The notes below the pieces were generated by a model. It ran no database searches, had not been told where the DNA came from, and saw only the letters and a program-made list of their open reading frames with translations. 64,000 nt of DNA, taken from positions 34,458 through 98,457 of the forward strand of contig JAJZAK010000001.1 of the NCBI GenBank assembly GCA_021799485.1, written 5' to 3'. Every line of letters begins with the position of its first letter. The first letter of the stretch is position 1. Made by a program: the position numbers and the translations under genes. This DNA comes from a bacterium (GTDB lineage Bacteria > Elusimicrobiota > Elusimicrobia > UBA1565 > UBA9628). This document shows positions 1 to 9,742 of the stretch, piece after piece.

Positions 1-1036
1 TGGCGCGCTCGACGAGATTCTCCTCCATCATGATCAAAATCGCGGCGTGGGCGGCCGCCGCCGCTAGGGGATTGCCTCCATAGCTCGAAGAGGAGCCGGA
101 AGGAGCCGCGAAGGGCTCCGAGGAGGCGACGTCGTCTCCCGCCACGATTCCCGAGACCGGAAAGCCTCCCCCCATCCCCTTGCCGATCGTCATCACGTCG
201 GGCACGACGCCCTCATGCTCGACGGCAAACCATCGCCCCGTGCGCCCGAAGCCCGTGATCATCTCATCAGCGATCAGCAGAGCCCCCAGCTCGTCGGCGA
301 TCTCCCGAAGGCCCCGGAGGAATCCCGGAGGAGGGATGATGTTCCCAGCGGTCCCCTGGATGGGCTCGACGATAAGGGCCGCGACGGCCCCGGAGGTCGA
401 GCGACGGATAAGCTCTCGCAGGAACTCGAGGGAATGGGCCGCGCAGTCGTGCGTTGCCTTCGCGCCGAAGGGACAGCGCCTGGGGTCCGGGAAAGGAGAA
501 AGATAGAGGCCGGGAGACAAGGGGCCGTACCCGTGCTTGAACTTGTCGCCCGACACCCCCAGCACTCCTCCCGTTTTCCCGTGAAAGCCTCCCCAGAAGC
601 CGACGATCTCGTACTTTTTCGTCCGGCTCTTGGCGAGCCGGACGGCGGCCTCGACCGCCTCGGCTCCCGAGGAATAGAGCTGGGTCCTCGTGAGGCCCTC
701 GGGCGCCACGCGGCTCAGCTTTTTGAGGAAGTCGAGGCGGTGGCGGGAGGTGAAGCTGCCCGCGGAAACCTTCGCGACCTGCTCCGCGACCATGCGCGCG
801 TATCGAGGGTGGCCGTGGCCGACGGAGGCCACGCCGACGCCAGCCATAAAATCCAGGTACTTGCGGCCGTCGACGTCGTAGAGCCAGGCCCCCTCCCCGC
901 GGTCCATCGCGAGGCGCGAAAAAAGCGCGATCGACTGGAGCCCGGGCGCGATATAACGCTGCTCTTCCTCAAAAAGGGCTCCCGAGCGGATTCCGGGAGG
1001 CGCCACGGCCTCGCCGTCCTTCGTCGACGCACTCAT
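1..1036 (-). CDS. Class III PLP-dependent aminotransferase (3' end runs off the window)
   Basis: Manual minus-strand translation from ATG 1036: GxWLYDVDGRKYLDF, SGAEAVEAA, FHGKT, VEPIQG, DEMITGFGRTG, TIGKGMGGGFP motifs. Confidence 0.9.
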   Translation of the reverse strand, partial: MSASTKDGEAVAPPGIRSGALFEEEQRYIAPGLQSIALFSRLAMDRGEGAWLYDVDGRKYLDFMAGVGVASVGHGHPRYARMVAEQVAKVSAGSFTSRHRLDFLKKLSRVAPEGLTRTQLYSSGAEAVEAAVRLAKSRTKKYEIVGFWGGFHGKTGGVLGVSGDKFKHGYGPLSPGLYLSPFPDPRRCPFGAKATHDCAAHSLEFLRELIRRSTSGAVAALIVEPIQGTAGNIIPPPGFLRGLREIADELGALLIADEMITGFGRTGRWFAVEHEGVVPDVMTIGKGMGGGFPVSGIVAGDDVASSEPFAAPSGSSSSYGGNPLAAAAAHAAILIMMEENLVERA

Positions 1037-1881
1037 GATTTTCTCCTCCTCGCGTCGGGTTGGGACACTTGAGAAACGACGTGTCGGGCGATCTCTCGCG
1101 CGGCCACGCGCCGCACCCTCGCGAAGCTCGGCCATGAATTGATGTCGATGATCCGAAGCGAGCCGCCCTCTTCCACCACGACGTCGCCCCCGAAGATTTC
1201 CAAGCCCAGGGAGCCCGCAGCCGCCGCCGCCATCCCCGCGAGCTCCGGGACGGAGAAGGGATGATGTCGCGCGGAACGCGAGTCGTGGTAAAACCACTCG
1301 AACCAGCGCCCAGGCCCGACGCCGTAGAATTTGACGAGGTCGCCCTCCACATGCTCCTGAAGGATAATCTCCCGTATCTCCCGCGCGGCGAAAGCGTCGC
1401 GCGCGAACTCCGCCTCCTCCAACGTGCGCACGAAAACGACGTCGCGCCCCCCCACGGCGTTGTGGACATCGCCGCGCTTGACCCAAAAGCCGTCCGGAGC
1501 GGGAAAACACGGAGGCGCCAGCGGCGAGCGCCCGGTCGGCCGGACCTCGCCGGCGGGACCGCGCACGCCGGCGGCCGCGGCCAAGCTCGCGAGCATTCGC
1601 GATCGGTAGGTTCCAAGGACGGTGTCGGGACGGTTGATCACCACGGCGCCGGGAGTTTCGTTCTTGAGCCTGACGAGCCTCGGATAGGCTTCGCACATGG
1701 GCAGAATGAGGTCCCATCCATCGAGGCTCATACCATCCGCCTCTTGAGCGGAGGCAAGCGCCATGGGAAGGCCCAGCCGCGCCAACTCTTCGGCGACAGC
1801 TCCCAAGATCCGGGCGTCGTCGGCTTCCCTATTGGGGGAATTTTCGATCTCGCGAAAAATCCCCAAGGACTTCAGGCCCAC
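1033..1881 (-). CDS. ATP-grasp-like hypothetical protein
   Basis: WVKRGD, ILQEHVEGDLVKFYGV and GGDVVV...IIDINSWPSF motifs of the RimK/GshB-like fold; overlaps both neighbours. Confidence 0.75.
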   Translation of the reverse strand: MGLKSLGIFREIENSPNREADDARILGAVAEELARLGLPMALASAQEADGMSLDGWDLILPMCEAYPRLVRLKNETPGAVVINRPDTVLGTYRSRMLASLAAAAGVRGPAGEVRPTGRSPLAPPCFPAPDGFWVKRGDVHNAVGGRDVVFVRTLEEAEFARDAFAAREIREIILQEHVEGDLVKFYGVGPGRWFEWFYHDSRSARHHPFSVPELAGMAAAAAGSLGLEIFGGDVVVEEGGSLRIIDINSWPSFARVRRVAAREIARHVVSQVSQPDARRRKS

Positions 1882-2606
1882 GCGCCCCCCTTCAGAAGCG
1901 CATTGGCCCGGGCCAGATCCTCGGGTTCGTCAACATCGAGCGAAGATCGAATAGGAACTCCCAGAAGAGGCGTGCCTGCCTTGGAAAGCGCGTGCCAAAA
2001 TTCCCGCAATGCCCCGAAGGCGAACGGCGGCGGCATGGCGGAAACCAATTCCCTGCGCAGATAATAAAGGCCGGCGGTCGCGAGCCGCGGCTCGGGGGAA
2101 GGAGGCTCTTCGCCGAAGCTCGCGATGCGGCGGCTTTCGCCGAGTCTCGCCCAAAAAGGGCGGGCGTCGTGCCCCGGCGCCGAGAGAGCCAGGGCTCCCG
2201 AGCAAGGCGAGGCCGCTGCTTCAACGGCGAAGCGCTCGGCCTCGCGGGGATCCAAGAGGGTGTCGACCGTGCTCATAACGAACTCCCGGGCCTCTCCGGC
2301 CAGCACCTTCGCGACAAGGCGAAAGCTCTCCCATGAGGAATCCGTGTCTGCCTCGAGAAAAATCCACCGGATGTCGGGAAACCGCGCCCTGAGCCCGTCG
2401 CGCGCCACGCGGCTTCTGGAATTGAGCAGAATGAAAATCGTCCGCGCCCCAGCCGCCCGCAAAGAACTCGCCGCCCAATGGCATAGAGGCCTGCCCGCCA
2501 CCATGACGAGAGGCTTTGGAGTCCCCTCCTCTCCGCGCAAGCGGCGGCCCTTCCCGCCGGCAATGATGCCGGCGAAGGAAATCGGCGGCCGCGCCGCATC
2601 CGTCAT
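1872..2606 (-). CDS. NTP transferase (nucleotidyltransferase)
   Basis: GIIAGGKGRRL...PKPLV N-terminal motif, DVDEPEDL C-terminal motif; ATG 2606 overlaps HAD stop. Confidence 0.85.
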   Translation of the reverse strand: MTDAARPPISFAGIIAGGKGRRLRGEEGTPKPLVMVAGRPLCHWAASSLRAAGARTIFILLNSRSRVARDGLRARFPDIRWIFLEADTDSSWESFRLVAKVLAGEAREFVMSTVDTLLDPREAERFAVEAAASPCSGALALSAPGHDARPFWARLGESRRIASFGEEPPSPEPRLATAGLYYLRRELVSAMPPPFAFGALREFWHALSKAGTPLLGVPIRSSLDVDEPEDLARANALLKGGAWA

Positions 2607-3265
2607 AGAAGAGCCTCCAAATCGATAACGCTGCGGGCGCGCAATCCCCGGCCGCAGCAAGCCGCGCGGCCGGAGCCAAGCAGCACATGCCTCAAACCCA
2701 GCGCCTCCGCCCCCTTCATGTCGCGCTCGACGGAATCGCCGATCATGGTGGCCGAGCCCGGCTCGCCGCCCAGCGTCGAGAGAGCCTCGATGAAAATAGC
2801 CGACTCGGGCTTCTTCACCCCGAGCGCTCCTGAGTCGGCGACTGTCTTGAAAAATCCAAGCATGCCCTCGGAGGCGAGAGCCGATCGGAGATTCCCGTAA
2901 AAATTGGACACGACGCCCAAGCACCTCCGGGAGGCGAGTCTTGAAAGCGCGGGTTTGAGCGCCTCGAAATGCCTCCGGCTCTGCCGCAGGAAGCCGCCCG
3001 CGACTTGGTCACGGATAGCCCGAATTCCCTGGCGGCCAAGATTCCCCCCTAAGCGCTCCAGCACTCCGCCCACCTGCAGGCGGACAGTTTCCTCCATGGA
3101 CGCGTCACGCAAGGAAAGAGAATCGTCCGAGGCGTAGAAGGCCTTGCGGAAATCGTCGCGGGAAACCTGGATGCCCGCATCCAGATAAAGGGGATAAAAT
3201 CGTTCCTGCCAAGTGATGCCGTCCGCATCCAGGGTGCCGCCGAAATCAAAAAGCAACACATCCAT
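2603..3265 (-). CDS. HAD-family hydrolase
   Basis: DFGGTLD motif I, VVSN, KKP, MIGDSVERDMKGA. Confidence 0.9.
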   Translation of the reverse strand: MDVLLFDFGGTLDADGITWQERFYPLYLDAGIQVSRDDFRKAFYASDDSLSLRDASMEETVRLQVGGVLERLGGNLGRQGIRAIRDQVAGGFLRQSRRHFEALKPALSRLASRRCLGVVSNFYGNLRSALASEGMLGFFKTVADSGALGVKKPESAIFIEALSTLGGEPGSATMIGDSVERDMKGAEALGLRHVLLGSGRAACCGRGLRARSVIDLEALL

Positions 3266-3365
3266 TGGGAGATCTCTTCATGGTCATTATATCACGAGCC
3301 AATCTCTCGAAAATCTATATGCTATCTTTTACGACATTGTCTCTCTTGACACGGACACCTTGACC

Positions 3366-4946
3366 ATGGATCGTCCCCGGGCTCAAGCCTCTTACGAATG
3401 GTTCGCCTCTGGCGACCTCAACGGCTTCTTCGGGCTTATGTTCGACAATCTGACGGTCTTGTCCTTTCTCGCCGGCATCTTGATATTCGCCTTTCATTTC
3501 CCCGCCGAAATCGTTTACCGGAAGATGTTTCCCGGCACCGCGCTTGGAGTCATGGCCGGAGACCTAGCCTACACCGTCATGGCGTTCCGCCTTGCGTGGA
3601 AAACGGGAAAACGCAACATCACGGCCATGCCTTTGGGCCTCGACACTCCGTCCACCCTGGGCATCGCGCTCACAGTTCTGGGTCCGGCCTTTCTCGCCAT
3701 GAAGGCACGCGGCCTGCCGGAAGGCCAGGCGGCCCTCATGACCTGGTATATCGGAATGTCCACGATGGTCACGATCGGCCTCATTAAATTCGTCTTTTCT
3801 TTCTTTGGCGCTTGGATCCAGAAACTCGTCCCGGAAGCGGGGCTCCTTGGCTCCCTGGCGGGAATCGGCCTGGCGCTCATCGGGCTCATTCCCCTGGTTG
3901 ACATTTTCAGCATGCCGCTGATAGGCATTCTCGCCTTGGGAATCGTCCTTTACAATCTCGTCGCCAAGCTTTCCCTGCCGCGCAATTTCCCCGGCGTGCT
4001 CGCGGCCGTCCTCGCCGGCACCACGCTCTATTATCTCTCCGGCGCGACATACGCGCCTCCCGCGGATCCGATGGGACTTTCCGTTCCCCTGCCAAGCCTC
4101 CATTTCCTCCAGGGCTTCAAGGAGTCGCTCACCTACCTCCCGATCGCCCTTCCCTTCGCGATCCTCACGATCGTAGGCGGCATCAATGTGACCGAGAGCG
4201 CGCGGGTCGCGGGAGACGACTTCAAGACCCGCCACATTCTTTTGACGGACGCCTTTGCGACGCTCTTGGCCGGGCTTTCGGGCGGCGTCGCCCAGTCGAC
4301 TCCCTACATCGGCCAGCCGGCCTACAAGCACATGGGCTGCCGGGCGGGATACACGCTCCTCACGGGCCTCGCCGTCGGCTTGGGCGGCATGCTGGGCGCC
4401 GTGGGCTTCATCGTCAATCTCATACCGCGGGCGGTGCTGGCGCCGATCCTGCTCTTTGTCGCCATTGAGATCATGTGCCAGGCCTTTGATGCCTCCCCGA
4501 AGCGTCACGCTCCAGCCGTGGCCTTGGCCTATTTCCCGGCGGCCGCTCGCCTCCTTCAAATCAAGCTGTCCAACCCCGCTTTCGTTTCGCCGCAGAACTT
4601 CCAGGCTCTGATCTCCGAGCCGGGCAAGAGTCTCCCCGAGCTCTTAGTCACGATCGCGCTGGGAAACGGCTTCATCCTCACCGCCATGCTTTGGGGCGCG
4701 GCGCTCGCCATGCTTATCGACCGGAGGCTGCGCGCCGCCGGAACGTATCTAGCGGTGCTCGCGGGCCTGAGCTTCTTTGGCTTCATCCATTCGGCCAAGC
4801 CCGACGGGAGCCTCTATCTCCCCTGGACCCTGGCTCTTCCCGCCCGGCAAATTCCCTATCAATTCGGCGCCGCCTACGCGATCATGGCCGCGACTCTGCT
4901 TGCCGTCGCCTCGCGGCGCCCGCCAAGCGCGGAAGTCCCGTCATGA
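3366..4946 (+). CDS. NCS2-like (xanthine/uracil/vitamin C) permease
   Basis: Many TM segments; GDLNGFFGL, TAMPLGLDTPS, YIGQPAYK motifs; start placed at ATG 3366. Confidence 0.75.
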   Translation: MDRPRAQASYEWFASGDLNGFFGLMFDNLTVLSFLAGILIFAFHFPAEIVYRKMFPGTALGVMAGDLAYTVMAFRLAWKTGKRNITAMPLGLDTPSTLGIALTVLGPAFLAMKARGLPEGQAALMTWYIGMSTMVTIGLIKFVFSFFGAWIQKLVPEAGLLGSLAGIGLALIGLIPLVDIFSMPLIGILALGIVLYNLVAKLSLPRNFPGVLAAVLAGTTLYYLSGATYAPPADPMGLSVPLPSLHFLQGFKESLTYLPIALPFAILTIVGGINVTESARVAGDDFKTRHILLTDAFATLLAGLSGGVAQSTPYIGQPAYKHMGCRAGYTLLTGLAVGLGGMLGAVGFIVNLIPRAVLAPILLFVAIEIMCQAFDASPKRHAPAVALAYFPAAARLLQIKLSNPAFVSPQNFQALISEPGKSLPELLVTIALGNGFILTAMLWGAALAMLIDRRLRAAGTYLAVLAGLSFFGFIHSAKPDGSLYLPWTLALPARQIPYQFGAAYAIMAATLLAVASRRPPSAEVPS

Positions 4947-6208
4947 ACAGATACCAGCTGACGAGCTTGGCGGGGACCTTTGTTCTGGCGGGGGTGGCCT
5001 GGGCCTTCTCGAAAAAACGGTCGAGGGTCAAGCCGCAGACGATCCTCTGGTCTCTTCTCCTGCAGTTCGCCTTCGCCTTCCTCATCATGAAAACCTCCGC
5101 CGGGGAGCGCTCCTTCTCGGCGGTCAACAAGGCCTGCGCGCACCTGCTCGCCTTCGAGGAGGAGGGGGCGCGATTCGTCTTCGGGACGCTCGCTCTCTCC
5201 CCGGGCGAATCCGGCTCCACGGGCTTTTACTTCGCCTTCCAGGTTCTCCCCACCATCATCTTCCTATCGAGCCTCATGTCGCTCCTCTATTATCTGGGCG
5301 TCATGCAGAAGATCGTCCAGGGCTTCGCCTGGATCATGGCGCGAACCTGCAGGACCTCGGGGGCCGAGTCCCTGTCCATTTCGGCCAATATCTTCATGGG
5401 CCAGACCGAGGCGCCGCTCCTCATCCGTCCCTACATCGAATCCTTGACCGAATCCGAGCTTTTCTGCGTCATGGTGGGCGGCATGGCCCACATCGCGGCC
5501 GGCATCATGATCGCCTACGTCGGGATGCTCTCCTCTTATTTCCCGGACATCGCGGGCCATCTCCTCGCCGCCCAGGTGATGGCGACGCCGGCGACCATCC
5601 TCATCGCCAAGCTCCTCATCCCCGAGGCCGGGGCCCCCAAGACGATGGGAAGCGTGAGGATCGGATATCATGAGGAAAGCACGAACGCCATCGAAGCCGC
5701 CGCGGCCGGTGGCTCCCTGGGCATGACCTTGGCCCTCAACGTCGCGGCCATGCTGGTGGCCTTCATGTCGATCATCGCGCTGATTAACTGGGGACTCCAT
5801 CATCTCCTCGGTCTTTTCGGACACGGCGAGATCGGCCTCGAAACGCTGCTCGGCTGGATTTTCGCGCCGGTCGCCTGGGTCCTGGGCGTACCGTGGTCCG
5901 ACTGTCTCCAAGTCGGACAATGGATGGGCGAGAAGACGGCCTTTAATGAGTTCATCGCGTATTCTGAAATGGCCCGCTACGCGGCGACCCACGGCGCCCA
6001 AGCCATCTCCCACCGGGCCTACGTGATCGCCGCCCACGCCCTTTGCGGCTTTTCCAACTTCCTTTCGATCGGCATCCAAATCGGCGGCATCGGCCCGATG
6101 GCGCCCACCCGGCGCAAGGACCTGGCGAGGCTCGGGCTCCTGGCTCTTCTCGGGGGATCGCTCGCTTGCTTCATGACGGCAAGCATCACCGGAATTCTCA
6201 TCCCCTAG
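4943..6208 (+). CDS. nupC: Concentrative nucleoside transporter (CNT/NupC family)
   Basis: FAFQVLPTIIF, NIFMGQTEAPL, KTAFNEFIAY, ALCGFSN motifs. Confidence 0.93.
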   Translation: MNRYQLTSLAGTFVLAGVAWAFSKKRSRVKPQTILWSLLLQFAFAFLIMKTSAGERSFSAVNKACAHLLAFEEEGARFVFGTLALSPGESGSTGFYFAFQVLPTIIFLSSLMSLLYYLGVMQKIVQGFAWIMARTCRTSGAESLSISANIFMGQTEAPLLIRPYIESLTESELFCVMVGGMAHIAAGIMIAYVGMLSSYFPDIAGHLLAAQVMATPATILIAKLLIPEAGAPKTMGSVRIGYHEESTNAIEAAAAGGSLGMTLALNVAAMLVAFMSIIALINWGLHHLLGLFGHGEIGLETLLGWIFAPVAWVLGVPWSDCLQVGQWMGEKTAFNEFIAYSEMARYAATHGAQAISHRAYVIAAHALCGFSNFLSIGIQIGGIGPMAPTRRKDLARLGLLALLGGSLACFMTASITGILIP

Positions 6209-6210
6209 CG

Positions 6211-6852
6211 ATGCACGCCTTCATCGTCTTCGCCCATTCGTTGGTTCATCAGGTCTACAACGTGCGCCCGCTCATCGAGTGGGGAGGCATCGTCCTCATC
6301 GCGGGATTTCTCTTCGCGGAAACGGGGCTCTTCGCTGGATTTTTCCTGCCGGGGGATTCCCTGCTCGTGACGGCGGGCATCCTCGCCAAAGCAGGCGCTT
6401 TCCCGATCCTCAATCTCCTCCTTTGGGGCGCGGCCGCCGCCATCGTCGGCAATCAGCTGGGCTACGCCATCGGCTTCCGCGCCGGCCGGCCGCTCTTTCA
6501 CAAAGAAGATTCCCTTTTTTTCAAGAAAGCCCATTTGCTGCGGGCGCAAGAATTCTACGCCCGGCATGGCGCCAAAACCGTGGTCATCGCCCGCTTCATG
6601 CCGATCGTGCGAACCTTCGTCCCCCTCGTGGCGGGAATAGCGGCCATGGATTTCCCCCGTTACGTCCTCTATAACGTGATCGGCGGCGTTCTTTGGGTCT
6701 TCGGCCTCTGCCTTTCCGGCTTTGCCCTGGCCGCCGCGATCCCCGATATCGAGCGGCGCCTCCACTGGGTGATCCTGGCCGTCATTATCCTCTCCTTTGT
6801 TCCCGGACTCATCGAGTGGCGCCGCAGCCGGCGCGCCGAATCCGTGAGTTGA
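6211..6852 (+). CDS. DedA family membrane protein
   Basis: FAETGLFAGFFLPGDSLL, ARFMPIVRTFVP. Confidence 0.93.
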   Translation: MHAFIVFAHSLVHQVYNVRPLIEWGGIVLIAGFLFAETGLFAGFFLPGDSLLVTAGILAKAGAFPILNLLLWGAAAAIVGNQLGYAIGFRAGRPLFHKEDSLFFKKAHLLRAQEFYARHGAKTVVIARFMPIVRTFVPLVAGIAAMDFPRYVLYNVIGGVLWVFGLCLSGFALAAAIPDIERRLHWVILAVIILSFVPGLIEWRRSRRAESVS

Positions 6853-6878
6853 CATCGAGGGGCCATTCCGGTAACATC
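6850..6878 (+). promoter_or_regulatory. Sigma70-type promoter
   Basis: TTGACA-17 nt-TAACAT just upstream of ATG 6890. Confidence 0.55.
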
Positions 6879-6889
6879 TTAAAAATTCC

Positions 6890-7885
6890 ATGCCGAACGC
6901 GGGACTCTGGACGGACACGGTTTTTTATGTCGCGGCCGCGGCTTTTTTGGTCGCCCTGGCCGCGGCGGCCTACATCTGGGGACAGCGACGGGCCTCCATC
7001 GAGGCCCAGCAGGCTTCCCCGCCCGAACGCCCTCACGACAAGAATAAAAACCCGGCTATCCCCGGGACTGTCGCCGGCAACGCCTCCGATCCGCCAAAGA
7101 CAGCGGCTATGATCAAAACGCCGGCTGAAGCGCCGCAGGCCCGTCCCGTGCCCTTGGCGAAAACGCCCGCCGCCCCGGCCCCGGGGCAAAAGAGCTCGGC
7201 AAGAGCCGCGGTCCCGGATCACTCAGCGGAACCTCCGGCGCATCTACCCTCCTTCTCTTGGGGAGGCCTTCTCGAAAAGATGGAGCGATTTGAATCCGAG
7301 ATTGCCTCCATCAAATCCTTGGTCTCCGAAAAATCCGTTTCCGGGCAAGATGTCGCCAAGATTCTGGAGAAGCTCCAAAGCCAACTCCAGCCCTCCCAGC
7401 CGTCCGAGGAAATCCAGGCCATCGCGAGCCGTCTTGAGCGATTTGAGGGAGAGTTTTCGTCCTTGCGAGGCCTTTTTGAGGCCGCCGCCAAGGATAACGC
7501 GGCTCTTCGCGAAATGGTCTCAAAGCTCAAGGAAGAAACCGTCGCCCAGACCGCCCCCCAAGCCGTCCAGCCGACGCCGGACGCGGGACGCGCCGTGGCC
7601 TTCATCCAGAGCCTGCTTGAAAAGATGGAGCATTTTGAGACGGAAATCTCGTCGGTCAAGTCGCTGCTTTCCTCGACGCCCGGCCCCCGGAACGCCCAGC
7701 ATCGAGGCGGCTCCGCCCCGGACGCTCCGTCCTCGCGCTCCGCGGAATCATCCCCGAAGCTCGTTGAAACCTCGGAGACTCCCCGCGAAACTTCCAAGCC
7801 TCCTCGCGGCTCCGCGGCCTCGAGCGCGGAGGGCCTTGATTCCGGCGGCCCAGCGACGCAACGCAAACCGGTCTGGCCCGTTTAA
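6890..7885 (+). CDS. Membrane-anchored hypothetical protein with three repeated coiled-coil segments
   Basis: N-terminal TM, Pro/Ala-rich linkers, repeats LLEKMERFESEIASIKSL / LERFEGEFSSLRGL / LLEKMEHFETEISSVKSL. Confidence 0.75.
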   Translation: MPNAGLWTDTVFYVAAAAFLVALAAAAYIWGQRRASIEAQQASPPERPHDKNKNPAIPGTVAGNASDPPKTAAMIKTPAEAPQARPVPLAKTPAAPAPGQKSSARAAVPDHSAEPPAHLPSFSWGGLLEKMERFESEIASIKSLVSEKSVSGQDVAKILEKLQSQLQPSQPSEEIQAIASRLERFEGEFSSLRGLFEAAAKDNAALREMVSKLKEETVAQTAPQAVQPTPDAGRAVAFIQSLLEKMEHFETEISSVKSLLSSTPGPRNAQHRGGSAPDAPSSRSAESSPKLVETSETPRETSKPPRGSAASSAEGLDSGGPATQRKPVWPV

Positions 7886-7891
7886 CACATC

Positions 7892-8040
7892 GGCGACAGA
7901 AGACGACAGAAGGCAAAGGAAAGCAACGGAAGGCGAGCTTCTCGCCCATTTTTCGTTTCCTTTTGGAACCTTCGGTGATCTTCCGTGGCCTTTCCTTGCC
8001 TTCCACGGCTTTCATTGGATTTCTATGGCTTTCCCTTGCT
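7892..8040. repeat. Head-to-head degenerate 10-bp tandem repeat array (unit ~RGCMRCGGAA)
   Basis: ggcgacagaa/gacgacagaa/ggcaaaggaa/agcaacggaa then inverted ttcggtgatc/ttccgtggcc/tttccttgcc/ttccacggct/ttcattggat/ttctatggct/ttcccttgct. Confidence 0.75.
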
Positions 8041-8946
8041 CCCGCTGAATCGCGCGCCCAGGCCTTCTCAAACGCGGCGGTGGGGACGACGGCCGCCCAA
8101 TTCCTGAATTTGATTCCGACGGCGAGAGAAACCGCGCTGGGGGGCACGTCGGCGGCGCTCACGTCGGGATCGAACGCCATCTTCTGGAATCCCGCGGGCT
8201 TGGCCCGCATCGAGCCCCAGTCTCCCTCGGAGGCGGGCCTCAGTTACGCTCCTCTTCTGGAGACCACCTATGCCGGAGCCGCTTCCTACGCCGCTCCGTT
8301 TCCCGGCGGCGGCGTTCTTGGCGCCGGCGCCCTCTATTTCTCCCAGGCCGCCCAAACCGCCTACTCGGATGTCGGAAACGCCATCGGCTCGTTTACGCCC
8401 TACGACCTCGACCTCGCCGTCGCCTACGCCAGGCGTTTTGGCGACTATCTGGTAGGCGGCGACGCGAAGTTCATCCGCTCGGTGATCGCGGACGCGCACG
8501 GCCAGACGGCAGCCGTCGACGCGGGCTTCCAGGCGCCGAAGGCCGCCATGCTGGGCGACGGACCCGTTGATTTCGGCGCCGACATCACCAACCTCGGCGG
8601 CCCGCTCACCGTGGGCACGGTCGGCTCCCCGCTTCCCCTCAAGCTCGCGGGAGGAGCGTGCTGGCATGCGACGCCCGAGACGGGTTTCGCGATGGACCTC
8701 AATATGCCCGAGGGCGACTCTCCCTACGTCACGCTGGGATTCGAGGGGACGCTCAAGACGGGGAATCTCTCATCGTCCTTGCGCCTGGGCTTCAACCAGG
8801 AAAACCTCCAAAGCCAGGCGGGCGCCCTCTCCGGCTTTTCCCTGGGCGCCGGCCTCGACTTCCGGCGCATGACGATCGACTACGCCTGGGTCCCCCTGGG
8901 CATGCTGGGCGCCTTGAATCAGATATCGATTCTGTATCGCTTTTAA
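7963..8946 (+). CDS. PorV/PorQ-family outer-membrane beta-barrel protein (start uncertain, TTG 7963 or GTG 7975)
   Basis: GTTAAQFL...AR..ALGG...NAIFWNPAGLA motif, beta-strand pattern, terminal YRF. Confidence 0.8.
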   Translation: MEPSVIFRGLSLPSTAFIGFLWLSLAPAESRAQAFSNAAVGTTAAQFLNLIPTARETALGGTSAALTSGSNAIFWNPAGLARIEPQSPSEAGLSYAPLLETTYAGAASYAAPFPGGGVLGAGALYFSQAAQTAYSDVGNAIGSFTPYDLDLAVAYARRFGDYLVGGDAKFIRSVIADAHGQTAAVDAGFQAPKAAMLGDGPVDFGADITNLGGPLTVGTVGSPLPLKLAGGACWHATPETGFAMDLNMPEGDSPYVTLGFEGTLKTGNLSSSLRLGFNQENLQSQAGALSGFSLGAGLDFRRMTIDYAWVPLGMLGALNQISILYRF

Positions 8947-9704
8947 GAGCCGCTGCGATTTCGCTTGTCGCCCCACGTCACGGCCCGAGCCCCGAAGCGG
9001 CGCAGTTCCCGGGCCGTCGTCGGGCCGATCGCGATAGCCAAGGCCTTCTCGAAGAATTTCCTCGTCCGCGCAAGCCCGAGCGCCGCGGCGAAGGCCTTCG
9101 CCGCGGAAGGTGACGCGAAAAAAGCGGCGTCCGCGCGCGACAGAAGACCCGGCGTTAAGAGATGGAGCCCCCCCCGGTCTGGAATCGTCCGATAGGCCGT
9201 CGCGGCCTCCACCCGGCAACCGCGCGCGCGAAGGAGGCGCGGGAGCTCCTCTCGCGCCGACTCGCCCTTCACGAAAAGGATTTTTTCGCCCTTCCTCGCT
9301 CGCATGAATCGCGCCAGGCCCGCCGCCGTTTGAAGCTTTGGCGTCGCCGCCTTTTTTCCTCCCAGCTCCCGCAAGACGTCCCTTGTCGCCGTCCCCACCG
9401 CAAAAAGACTCCGGGGCAGTTCCGGTTTGGCGCGGAGGCGGCGCGCGCGGTCGAAAAAAGCCTTGACGGCGTTCGCGCTCGTGAACACCGCCGCTCCGTA
9501 GTCGCGAGAATGCCGTATCGCATTGTCGAGAGAAACAAGGGAGCGCGGATTTTCGATCCGGATCGCCGGCGCCAGGACGACGCGGGCGCCGAGCCGCCGC
9601 AGCTTCGCGGCAAGCTCCGCCGACTGCGCTCTCGGACGCGTGACGATCACCGTTTTTCCGGCCAGCTTGAGAGGCACGGCAGATATATTAGGTTTATTTG
9701 ACAC
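8943..9704 (-). CDS. hemD: Uroporphyrinogen-III synthase
   Basis: VIVTRP, VFTSANAV, AVGTAT, FASPSA, AIGPTT. Confidence 0.9.
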   Translation of the reverse strand: MSNKPNISAVPLKLAGKTVIVTRPRAQSAELAAKLRRLGARVVLAPAIRIENPRSLVSLDNAIRHSRDYGAAVFTSANAVKAFFDRARRLRAKPELPRSLFAVGTATRDVLRELGGKKAATPKLQTAAGLARFMRARKGEKILFVKGESAREELPRLLRARGCRVEAATAYRTIPDRGGLHLLTPGLLSRADAAFFASPSAAKAFAAALGLARTRKFFEKALAIAIGPTTARELRRFGARAVTWGDKRNRSGS

Positions 9705-9742
9705 CCACGGACACTTTTGCCAGAATTGCCGAAGAACGGTCC

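Noticed and set aside
7892-8040. Possible CRISPR array
   Set aside because: Units are 10 bp, degenerate and have no spacers; no cas genes in the window
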